Of a stretch of 64,000 bases of DNA, positions 39,058-47,565 are shown piece by piece (the stretch's first letter is position 1; each line of letters opens with the position of its first letter). The notes beneath the pieces are model-generated. The model was not told where the DNA came from and did not search any database. It saw only the letters and a program-made list of their open reading frames with translations. The position numbers and the translations under genes are program-made. This DNA comes from Candidatus Hydrogenedentota bacterium (GTDB lineage: Bacteria > Hydrogenedentota > Hydrogenedentia > Hydrogenedentales > SLHB01), in the NCBI GenBank assembly GCA_035416745.1, contig DAOLNV010000004.1, positions 2,138 to 66,137 of the forward strand, given 5' to 3'.

Positions 39058-39115
39058 GACGGAACGTCAACGAAACGTCAAGAAGCTTGACGCCCCGCCG
39101 CCAGCAGATTACAAT
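39058..39115 (+). promoter_or_regulatory. Promoter P5 with tandem dyad-like elements
   Basis: GACGGAACGTC (39058-39068) is immediately followed by AACGAAACGTC (39069-39079). Then TTGACG (39087-39092), 17 nt, TACAAT (39110-39115). Confidence 0.5.
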
Positions 39116-39305
39116 CTTGGCAGGTCGGTGGATATTGGAGCGGGGGAATTCCACGACATGACGGGCTGGTGCCAGGGCTTGCAGAGAGAACGCTCGCAGT
39201 CTGGGAGGTGATGTAGAGCGGCAATTGCTCGCGGCTTTTCCATACCTTTCGGACAACTATTCTCTTTGTAGTGATGGTCGCGTTTAACCAACAAGGGTTA
39301 CCGAG

Positions 39306-40253
39306 ATGAAAAAACATGGTTTTACCCTGATCGAACTGCTCGTGGTGATTGCCATTATAGGCATTCTGGCCGCGATCCTGCTGCCGGCCCTGGCTCGCGC
39401 CCGCGAAGCCGCCCGCCGCGCCAGCTGCGCGAACAATCTGAAGCAGTTGGGCATTATCTACAAGATGTATGCCAATGAGAGCAAAGGCGAAAAATGGCCC
39501 CGCAACCATGGTGTACAGCCATGGCGTCCGGCCACTGCGGCTTCCCTTGGCTGCCTTAATGCGCACAATGGTTCCCAGTTCGGCCCCGACATGGTGGCGC
39601 TATATCCTGACTATCTGACCGATTCTAATGTGCTGGTTTGCCCGTCCTGGAACAACTACGATATGCCCCCCGCGATTGGCGTGGGGGTGATCGAGGATGA
39701 TGGCAGCGGCACATGCCCGTGGGTTGGTTTCATCTCGCAGCCGGGCGACTGCTATCACTACCTGGGATATGCGTTCGACCGCTGCGATGAAGGAGAGCCC
39801 ACGGTCCCGCATCCCTATAATCCCGCCGTCCAGGTTCCGTCTCAGGTCGCGACAACGCTGATGCTGCCCGAGAACGCGACAGCAATGGCGGTCTTCCTGA
39901 ATCTGTCTACCGATCCGGCTGATAACGCCGCGCTGGATCAGGATTTGGTTGCTGCCGCCGGCGACGGAAACGGCGGGAGTCAGACAATCTACCGGTTGCG
40001 CGAAGGAATCGAGCGGTTTCTTATCACCGACATCAATAACCCTGCCGGGAGCGCTATGGCTCAGAGCCAATTGGCGGTTTCCTGGGACATGATCTCCTCA
40101 AATTGGGAGAACTACTCAACGTTTAATCACGTCCCCGGCGGCTCCAATGTGCTGTACATGGACGGCCATGTCGAATTCCTGAGGTATCCGCACGAGCGGT
40201 TCCCGGTGACCCGCAGCTGGGCCGAATTCTGGGGCAACATGCCTGCACAATGA
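39306..40253 (+). CDS. Prepilin-type N-terminal domain protein, DUF1559 family, paralog 7 (most divergent)
   Basis: [47 protein letters not shown], then [29 protein letters not shown]. Confidence 0.9.
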   Translation: MKKHGFTLIELLVVIAIIGILAAILLPALARAREAARRASCANNLKQLGIIYKMYANESKGEKWPRNHGVQPWRPATAASLGCLNAHNGSQFGPDMVALYPDYLTDSNVLVCPSWNNYDMPPAIGVGVIEDDGSGTCPWVGFISQPGDCYHYLGYAFDRCDEGEPTVPHPYNPAVQVPSQVATTLMLPENATAMAVFLNLSTDPADNAALDQDLVAAAGDGNGGSQTIYRLREGIERFLITDINNPAGSAMAQSQLAVSWDMISSNWENYSTFNHVPGGSNVLYMDGHVEFLRYPHERFPVTRSWAEFWGNMPAQ

Positions 40254-40278
40254 TAGCAGCGTTTTTGTTCTTCACATG

Positions 40279-40318
40279 TGGGGCGCATGGGTTTGCTCAT
40301 GCGCCCCAGTTTCTTTGC
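40279..40318 (+). terminator. Intrinsic terminator of paralog 7
   Basis: TGGGGCGCATG-GGTTTGCT-CATGCGCCCCA followed by GTTTCTTTG. Confidence 0.6.
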
Positions 40319-40401
40319 GGCTGCGCCGCGGCCGACGCCCGCCGAAATCGAACGGGCCCGCAGGGCAGGGAACGTAATATGGGGCGTATCGAGCTACGTT
40401 C

Positions 40402-40794
40402 TTACTTGGCGGGCGTTTCACCGGCCCGGCGGGGCCGCCACCAGAAATGCCAAAGGAAAAACGGTGCGGCGAATCCGCCCGCGGTGTTTGCAACGAGGTC
40501 GCCAATCGCAAACGTGCGCTGGGGCACGAAGATCTGGTGGCACTCGTCGCTTAACCCGTAGAGGGCCGTGAAGACTATCGGGAACCAGAACTGCCAACGC
40601 GGTGAAAGCCGGGAACCCGAACGTTGCAACCCCACCGACACCAGCCCGGCCAGTCCCGCGTAGACGCCGAAATGGCCGAACTTGTCGATGCCGAATACTG
40701 AGGGTATCTCGACCCCGAGCGGGCGCGGCTGCGATGAAATCCAGAAAATCCCCGCACAATAGAGGGCCGTGGCGATAATGTAGCGGGTTTTCAC
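40402..40794 (-). CDS. VanZ family membrane protein
   Basis: DKFGHFGVYAGLAGL and YGLSDECHQIFVPQRTFAIGDLVANTAGG. Start set to GTG at 40794 to avoid overlap with the sulfatase gene; uncertain. Confidence 0.65.
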   Translation of the reverse strand: MKTRYIIATALYCAGIFWISSQPRPLGVEIPSVFGIDKFGHFGVYAGLAGLVSVGLQRSGSRLSPRWQFWFPIVFTALYGLSDECHQIFVPQRTFAIGDLVANTAGGFAAPFFLWHFWWRPRRAGETPAK

Positions 40795-40871
40795 TCGACG
40801 CGTGCTCCCTGGCGCGGCGCGCAGTGTTTGCACATTGGCTGTGCGCGCCGCTCCCGTTTCCTGAATGCCCC

Positions 40872-42464
40872 CTATGCCGGTTTGCGCGCTCCCACGCGGT
40901 CCGCCCAGGCGTTCCATTCATCTAACAGGGCTTTCGCGCGCTCCGGCATGGCGTCGGACAAATCGTTCAGCTCGGTACGGTCCTCGGCGAGGTTGTACAA
41001 CGCCCATTCCGTGTCCTTGGCCGCCACGAACTTCCAGTCGCCTTCCAGTACCGCCCGGTTGCCCATGTGCTCCCAGTACAGCCGCTCGTGGGGTTCGCGC
41101 CGCCCGCCGCCAAGAACGGGCGCCAGCGACTTCCCTTCGCATGGCGTAATAGCCTGCCCGTTGAACGTTTCGGGGTACTTGGCGCCCGCGAGGTCCACGC
41201 AGGTGGCCATGATGTCGTTGATGTGTCCGACCTGGCGCTCGAGTTCGCCTTTGCGCGTCATGCCCGCGGGCCAGCGCACGATGAACGGCGTCGCGATGCC
41301 CCCCTCGTGCACCCAGTGCTTGAACAGGCGGAAGGGCGTGTTGCTCGCATTGGCCCAAGGACGCCGGTACGCCACGAACGAGCCCCGCTCGCCGGGTTTG
41401 GCGCCGGGCTTGTCGAGTTTCCGGTCTTCGAGGCCTTCGTGACAGCCGCCATTATCCGATAGAAACATCACCACGGTATTCTCGTGCTCGCCGATGCGCC
41501 GCAGCGCGTCGAGCACGCGCCCGATGCCCTGGTCCATGCGGTCCACCATGGCCGCGTACACCGCCATGCGCAGATCCCAGTCTTCCTTATCCTTGGCGTC
41601 TTCCCATGCGGGCACGTCGGGGTCGCGCGGCGAGAGTTTCCATTTGGCCTCGATGATCCCCATGTTCACAAGACGCTCGTAACGTTCCTGGCGAAGCTGG
41701 TCCCATCCCTTGGTGTACTTGCCCTGGTATTTGGCGATGTCCTCGGGCCACGCATGCAAGGGCCAGTGCGGAGCGGTGTAGGCGAGGTACAGCAAGAACG
41801 GCTCTTCGCGTCCCTTCTGCTCCTCGAGCCATTTCACGGCGTAGTCGGAGAACGCGTCGGTCATGTAGAAATTCTCGCCTTCGGGGAAGATGCGTTCGTC
41901 GTCGCGCGCAAACGCCCGCCGGTCGCGCTCCTCCTCCAAGATACCCCAATAGCTGCTCGCGCCGCTGATGAGCCCGTAATACCGATCGAAGCCGCGTTTC
42001 CGGGGCCAGTGTTCGGGCCGCTCGCCCACGTGCCACTTGCCGGACATGTAGGTCCGGTACCCGGCCGTTTTGAGAACCTCCGCAATGGTCACGCAGGACT
42101 GGTTCAGGTATCCCTGGTAGGGTCCCTGCCGCTGGTCGTTATCGCTTCGGGTCACCATGCCGCCCATGCCCGCCTGGTGCGGATAAAGCCCGGTCAACAA
42201 CGAAGCCCGGGAGGGGCAACACCGCGCCGCGGAATAGAAATGAGTGAACCGTACGCCGTCGCGGGCGAGACCGTCCAGGTTGGGCGTAGCAATCTCAGAG
42301 CCATAGCATCCGAGGTCGCTGAACCCCATGTCGTCGGCCAGAATGATCAGGAAATTCGGGCGCTCGGGGCGCTTGGGGGCCGCCCCGGCAGCGTTCGCGC
42401 TCATCGCCGCGGCAGCCAACCCGCTCCCCATTACCCGCATGAAATCCCGTCGGTGCATGGTCAT
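40872..42464 (-). CDS. Arylsulfatase with Tat signal
   Basis: MTMHRRDFMRVMGSGLAAAAMSANAAGA leader. NFLIILADDMGFSDLGCYGSE, with ARCCPSRASLLTG (C-x-P-x-R). Confidence 0.9.
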   Translation of the reverse strand: MTMHRRDFMRVMGSGLAAAAMSANAAGAAPKRPERPNFLIILADDMGFSDLGCYGSEIATPNLDGLARDGVRFTHFYSAARCCPSRASLLTGLYPHQAGMGGMVTRSDNDQRQGPYQGYLNQSCVTIAEVLKTAGYRTYMSGKWHVGERPEHWPRKRGFDRYYGLISGASSYWGILEEERDRRAFARDDERIFPEGENFYMTDAFSDYAVKWLEEQKGREEPFLLYLAYTAPHWPLHAWPEDIAKYQGKYTKGWDQLRQERYERLVNMGIIEAKWKLSPRDPDVPAWEDAKDKEDWDLRMAVYAAMVDRMDQGIGRVLDALRRIGEHENTVVMFLSDNGGCHEGLEDRKLDKPGAKPGERGSFVAYRRPWANASNTPFRLFKHWVHEGGIATPFIVRWPAGMTRKGELERQVGHINDIMATCVDLAGAKYPETFNGQAITPCEGKSLAPVLGGGRREPHERLYWEHMGNRAVLEGDWKFVAAKDTEWALYNLAEDRTELNDLSDAMPERAKALLDEWNAWADRVGARKPA

Positions 42465-42787
42465 TCTCCATCAATACTGGGGAAGAACGTTCGGGACAGG
42501 CCACGCCGTCTTGCCGCACAAGACGTTAGGTCCGTCGCGATATTTCCTGGTTTCTTCATTGGTTTCACCGTTCCCCTCGGGCTCATCTTATCACAGGCGG
42601 CCCCGTGATTGGAGGGACTGACGCGGGCGAGCATCGAACGGCCAGTACGGGTCTGTCCCTCCTTGGGCTGGGACCGTTCAAACGCAGTCGGAACAGAGCA
42701 CGGGGTTTGGCTGTGTAGAACCTTGGGCCGGTCCCGGTTTTTCGCTATTATGCAGAGGGAAGAGCAAGCCGCGTCATCGCAGGGGGA

Positions 42788-43828
42788 ATGGTTATGCAAG
42801 AATGCGTTCACACCGGTCTTATCGCTCTCACAGCCGTGTGTTCTGTTGTGCTGTGCGCCTCTACGGCCTTGGCAGCCGAGGAGGCATCACCCGTGGAACT
42901 CGTGTCAGTCACGAAAATATGGGACCAGGGCCAGCACAACGCGTTCACGGACATCATCCGGTTCCACGACAAATGGTTCGTGTCGTTTCGCGAAGGCGAG
43001 GCCCATGTCTACGGAGAAGACGGCAAGATCCGCATCATTGCCTCGAACGACGGGGAGAAATGGGAGTCCGCGGCGTTGATGGCCGAGGAAGGCATTGATC
43101 TGCGCGATCCCAAGCTGTCCGTCACGCCGGATGGACGTCTCATGGTGCTCGCCGGGGGCTCCGTCTACAAAGGCAAGGAATTCATCACGCGGCGGCCGCG
43201 CGTGGCCTTTTCCGAAGACGGCGCCAACTGGGGTTCCCTTATTCCGGTCTGCGAAGACGGCGACTGGCTCTGGCGCGTCACCTGGCACAAGGGCAAGGCT
43301 TACGGTTTCTCGCGCGCGCCGATTCCCCAAGAGGGCGCGGAAGCCACCAGCGAGGAATGGAAGTTCACCCTGTACACCGCGGATGACGGCATCCACTATA
43401 CGCCCGTGTGCAATCCCAGCGTGCCCGGCAAACCTAATGAAGCCACGGTCCGGTTCATGGAAGACGACACCATGATCGCCCTCGTCCGCCGGGAAGGCGG
43501 CAACACCTTCTGCTGGATCGGCACCGCCAAACCCCCGTACACCGGCTGGTCGTGGCACGAAACCGGCTACCGCATCGGAGGACCCAATTTCATCATTCTG
43601 CCCGACGGTTCGATGTGGGCTGGCGGACGCTATCACCCCGGCGGCGCCAAGACTGTGTTGGCGAAATTCGGTCCCCAGACCTACGAACCGGTACTCACGC
43701 TTCCGAGCGGGGGCGACAACTCGTATCCCGGCTTTGTGTGGCACGACGGCCTGCTATGGATGAGCTATTACTCCTCCCACGAAGGCAAAACGAGCATCTA
43801 CCTGGCGAAGCTCCGGATCGTGAAGTAG
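42788..43828 (+). CDS. Secreted BNR-repeat / sialidase-superfamily beta-propeller protein
   Basis: Signal peptide, plus S-x-D-G-x-x-W BNR motifs (SNDGEKWES, SEDGANWGS). Confidence 0.6.
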   Translation: MVMQECVHTGLIALTAVCSVVLCASTALAAEEASPVELVSVTKIWDQGQHNAFTDIIRFHDKWFVSFREGEAHVYGEDGKIRIIASNDGEKWESAALMAEEGIDLRDPKLSVTPDGRLMVLAGGSVYKGKEFITRRPRVAFSEDGANWGSLIPVCEDGDWLWRVTWHKGKAYGFSRAPIPQEGAEATSEEWKFTLYTADDGIHYTPVCNPSVPGKPNEATVRFMEDDTMIALVRREGGNTFCWIGTAKPPYTGWSWHETGYRIGGPNFIILPDGSMWAGGRYHPGGAKTVLAKFGPQTYEPVLTLPSGGDNSYPGFVWHDGLLWMSYYSSHEGKTSIYLAKLRIVK

Positions 43829-43874
43829 CGGGCAGAACGCTCTTGGAGAACTGACGTGGTATCCGACGCCTCGT

Positions 43875-44093
43875 TCATGGATGCGAGACAGGGTGAGATT
43901 TGTAGATCCGCCCGTATCCCAGCGCCGACTTGAGGTCGCCGCGGCGGAGGGCATCCCTCACATCATCGAGTCTGGACGCGTCATTCACACTGAGGCAGGG
44001 TGACCAACCGGTCTCGTCTTCCACCACTTCGACCTCGACTTCAGCCACATAACCCGCCTCATGGACGAACTTCGTTTTCTTGCGCCGTTTCAT
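43875..44093 (-). CDS. Small protein translationally coupled to the DUF4258-like ORF; putative antitoxin
   Basis: 72 aa. The ATGA start/stop overlap at 44090-44093 links it to the upstream ORF. It has a basic N-terminus, an acidic core (EVEVEVVEDE) and then LDDVRDALRRGDLKSA. No family name assigned with confidence. Confidence 0.4.
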   Translation of the reverse strand: MKRRKKTKFVHEAGYVAEVEVEVVEDETGWSPCLSVNDASRLDDVRDALRRGDLKSALGYGRIYKSHPVSHP

Positions 44094-44385
44094 AGTGAGG
44101 ACCTCCTAAGAAACTCATCATCCCAGCGGTGTGGGTCGGGTCTATATGCCGTAACCAAGACCGCAGGCCCATCATGACCCTTTGGAATACCCCAAACAAC
44201 GTGAACGGGCTCACCTGAATGGTCACTCTGAAGAACCAATACACAAAGGCCCTTCGGGAATTCCGGGTATTCCTCTACCATCACTGCATGTTCAATACCG
44301 TCGAGTAGCTCTCGGACGTGAGTTTGTCTTCCACCAACTCGTCGTAGCCGTGTTCCGAAACGCGAACTGCGCCACTGATGACCAT
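44090..44385 (-). pseudogene. DUF4258-like toxin gene split over two reading frames (frame-disrupted)
   Basis: Frame A (ATG 44385 to TGA 44281) gives MVISGAVRVSEHGYDELVEDKLTSESYSTVLNMQ*. Frame B, shifted by -1 (44284 to 44090), gives VMVEEYPEFPKGLCVLVLQSDHSGEPVHVVWGIPKGHDGPAVLVTAYRPDPHRWDDEF. Joined, they match the DUF4258 layout (S.HA..rm..R.I..., IEEYP.d.P.p, HVV, iTaYrPd...W). Confidence 0.5.
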
Positions 44386-44465
44386 GCGGCGTATCCGTTC
44401 AAGCAAACTTGGCACACTACTTCGTTCCGTGCAGGAAGTGTGCCATACGCGCTTTGGCTGGCGGC

Positions 44466-44759
44466 CTATTCCTCGGGTACGTAAGACTCGACTCCGCTGC
44501 CGCCGGGGAGAAGGAACAAAAGTCTGGCGCACTTCGGGCAACTCATCAGGCTTCCGGCCATTTGCGAGGAGCGCCAGATGGCCGCCAGCCATTCCTCCGA
44601 TTCTTTGTCCTTCACCTTTTGCGCCTCCACTTCCGAGCGAAGAAAGGATCGGTATTCTTCATCGCGCACGACAAGATACGATTGATAAGGGCTCTTCTCG
44701 CCAGCTTGCATGGCGCGCAACGCTTCTTTGGAGAAGGCATATCCGCATTTGCAGTACAC
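44466..44759 (-). CDS. Small Zn-ribbon-like hypothetical protein
   Basis: 97 aa with CKC at residues 3-5 and a distal CPKC, separated by a charged helical region. Confidence 0.4.
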   Translation of the reverse strand: MYCKCGYAFSKEALRAMQAGEKSPYQSYLVVRDEEYRSFLRSEVEAQKVKDKESEEWLAAIWRSSQMAGSLMSCPKCARLLFLLPGGSGVESYVPEE

Positions 44760-44918
44760 TGATTGCTCTCACTTATGCCGTTTCACGCCGGGTATCATAG
44801 CTCCCATATGGCCTTCAAAGCAGCCTTATCTCTCTGCCAAAACTTGACGTCACACACTATCTCAGCGATTATGATAAACACAAATAGAACTCCGGGCGAA
44901 TACAATCGAGGTGCACCC

Positions 44919-47375
44919 ATGAAGAATGTTGTCACTATCCTGACTGTGCTGCTTGCGCTAGCCTGTCTGGCGGCCGCCGGCGAGTTGCCGGGACCGGCCG
45001 AGGAGGGCTACATCCTGCCCAACCGCTGGCGCATCACTCCGGTGGGCAAAACCATCTGGACCAATGACCTTCTGCTGAACATCGAGATGGCGCCCGACGG
45101 CAAGGCGGCGGTCGCGGTTCACGGCGGTTACAACGCCCACGGCCTCGTAGTGATCGACACGGCCACGGGCGAGGCAGTCCAGAACATCGCCCTGCCCACG
45201 GCATGGCTGGGCCTCGCCTGGAGCCCCAACGGCGCGAACCTGTATGTGTCCGGCGGCAACAACAAGTCCTCGGAAGGCGTACGCGCGCCGGTTTACGTGT
45301 TCGGCTACGAGAATGGGCGGCTTACAGGGGAGCCCGTGGCGACGCTCGTCGAGGAAATCGAGCCGAAACGCGTCTTCTGGTCAGGTCTGGCCCACCACCC
45401 CGCCAAAGGCATCCTCTTCGCTGCGAACCGCACCAACAACTACATCGTCGTGTTCGACACCGCCACGGGCGGCATCGTCACGCGCATTCCGACCGAACAG
45501 ACCCCCTATGAGCTGGCCATCACGCCGGACGGGGCTACTCTCTACGTCTCCAACTGGGGCAGCGACAGCGTCTCGGTCATTGATACGGAAACGTATGCGG
45601 TCCGGAGAACCATCGCCGTAGGCGACAATCCCAACGATCTCGCCCTGGCCAAGGACGGCCGTCTGTTCGTCTGTTGCGCGAACGACAACGCGGTGCTCGT
45701 CATCGATCCCGGGAAGGGCCGCCCGACCGAGACCATCGTTACGTCGCTGTATCCTCAGGCGCCTGAAGGCTCGACCCCCAACGCGCTGGCCATCGACAAC
45801 AGCCGGAACATCCTGTACATCGCCAACGCCGACAACAACAACGTCTGCGTCGTAAGTGTGGAAGAACCCGGCGAATCCACCGTGCTCGGGTTTCTTCCCG
45901 TCGGATGGTATCCGTCCAGCGTGGGGGTCAGCGCGAACGGCGAGACCCTCTATGTCGGCAATGGCAAGGGCGTGGGGCATTCGTCGGCGAATCCACGCGG
46001 TCCCCACAGCCCTCTTCCGGATGGCGAAGGCGCTCAAGGCACCACCAAAACCCTCATGCGCGGCGCGATCAGCATCATCAACGTACCAGAACACCGCGGG
46101 AACCTGCGAGAGCTCACCCAGAAGGCCTACGCCAATTGCCCCTATAACGACGAGCTGCTGGCCACGGCGCGGCCCGAGAGCGAGCAAACCGTTATTCCCC
46201 GCGAGGTCGGCAAGGGCTCAAAGCAAATCAAGCACGTGATCTACATCATCAAAGAGAACCGGACCTACGACCAGGTCCTGGGCGACCTGCCCCAAGGCAA
46301 CGGCGATCCGCGCCTCGCCATCTTCGGCCGCGAGGTCACGCCCAACCTGCACGCCATCGCCGAGACGTTCGTCTTGCTCGACAACATTTACTGCGAGGCC
46401 GAGGTCAGCGTAGACGGGCACCAGTGGTCCAATGCGGCCTATGCCACCGATTACACCGAGAAATCCTGGCCCGCGAGCTACGGCGGCAAGAGCGATTCCC
46501 CGCGTTCGGCCGCGTTCATCCCCGGCGCCGGTTACCTATGGGACCAATGCGCCCGCAAAGGGTTGACCTACCGGAGTTACGGCGAGTTCGCCCGCCGCGT
46601 CAGCGATGGCGGCCCCATGGAACCCAACGATCCGCAACTCACCGCGCTCCGCGGCCACGTCGCCCCCAACTACCTTAACTGGGGCGCACGCGACTACGAG
46701 AACGCGGCCGAATTCATCCGCGAGTTCGACGAATACGAGAAGAACTACGATAGCGCCGACCCCGAAAAGCGTCTGCCCAACTACATCGTGATGGGCCTTC
46801 CGGAAGATCACACCAAGGGTACGCGGCCGGGCGAACCGACGCCGCGCGCGGCCGTCGCGAGCAACGATTACGGCCTCGGCCTTGTCGTCGAGCGCGTCAG
46901 CCATAGCAAGTACTGGCCGGAAATCGCTTTCTTCGTGATCGAGGACGACGCGCAGGACGGCGCCGACCACGTCGACGCGCGGCGCACCACCGGATACGTT
47001 ATCAGCCCCTACGTGCGGCGCGGCAGTGTCGACAGCACCTTCTATACCACCTGTTCCATGTTGCGCACCATGGAACTGATCCTCGGACTGCAACCCATGA
47101 GCCAGTACGATGCCGCGACGAACGCCATGTTCGCGTGTTTCGCCGACACGCCCGAACTGACGCCGTTCGACCACATCGAACCCAGGATCGACATCCAGGA
47201 GCGTAACACGCAGACCGCGTGGGGCGCGGAGGATTCCATGAAGATGGATTTCTCCGATTACGACCGCACGCCGATGTTTGCGCTTAACGAGATCGTGTGG
47301 AAAAGCGTGAAGGGGCCCGACTCGGAGATGCCTGTGCCCGTGCACCGGTTCAACACGGCAAGCATTCGGGAATGA
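44919..47375 (+). CDS. Fusion of YncE/YVTN-type beta-propeller with phosphoesterase (PLC/AcpA, PF04185-like) domain
   Basis: ATG at 44919 with signal peptide MKNVVTILTVLLALACLAAAG. Repeated propeller blades (LYVSGG, LYVSNWGSDSVSVID, LYIANADNNNVCVV, LYVGNG). Phosphoesterase block IKHVIYIIKENRTYDQVLGDL, IEDDAQDGADHVDARR. Confidence 0.75.
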   Translation: MKNVVTILTVLLALACLAAAGELPGPAEEGYILPNRWRITPVGKTIWTNDLLLNIEMAPDGKAAVAVHGGYNAHGLVVIDTATGEAVQNIALPTAWLGLAWSPNGANLYVSGGNNKSSEGVRAPVYVFGYENGRLTGEPVATLVEEIEPKRVFWSGLAHHPAKGILFAANRTNNYIVVFDTATGGIVTRIPTEQTPYELAITPDGATLYVSNWGSDSVSVIDTETYAVRRTIAVGDNPNDLALAKDGRLFVCCANDNAVLVIDPGKGRPTETIVTSLYPQAPEGSTPNALAIDNSRNILYIANADNNNVCVVSVEEPGESTVLGFLPVGWYPSSVGVSANGETLYVGNGKGVGHSSANPRGPHSPLPDGEGAQGTTKTLMRGAISIINVPEHRGNLRELTQKAYANCPYNDELLATARPESEQTVIPREVGKGSKQIKHVIYIIKENRTYDQVLGDLPQGNGDPRLAIFGREVTPNLHAIAETFVLLDNIYCEAEVSVDGHQWSNAAYATDYTEKSWPASYGGKSDSPRSAAFIPGAGYLWDQCARKGLTYRSYGEFARRVSDGGPMEPNDPQLTALRGHVAPNYLNWGARDYENAAEFIREFDEYEKNYDSADPEKRLPNYIVMGLPEDHTKGTRPGEPTPRAAVASNDYGLGLVVERVSHSKYWPEIAFFVIEDDAQDGADHVDARRTTGYVISPYVRRGSVDSTFYTTCSMLRTMELILGLQPMSQYDAATNAMFACFADTPELTPFDHIEPRIDIQERNTQTAWGAEDSMKMDFSDYDRTPMFALNEIVWKSVKGPDSEMPVPVHRFNTASIRE

Positions 47376-47565
47376 GGCCGCGGCAATCGGCGGCAGAACC
47401 GGCTGACACGGACGTTGAAGGGCTCTTCCTGTACGTCGCTGTGCATTCGTGCAGTCCAGGATTTCCTTCACCCCGCGTCCTCTCACGGTTCCCTCCCGGT
47501 CGACGGGACCGGCGTCTGAGTGCTACGATGAATACGGGCCGGTTCAAATCGGAAGGGAGCCATCC

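Noticed and set aside
44275-44295. Programmed -1 ribosomal frameshift joining the two DUF4258 fragments
   Set aside because: There is no X XXY YYZ slippery heptamer and no obvious downstream stimulatory structure at the junction. A mutational or sequencing indel is the simpler explanation. It is kept only as an alternative in the finding.
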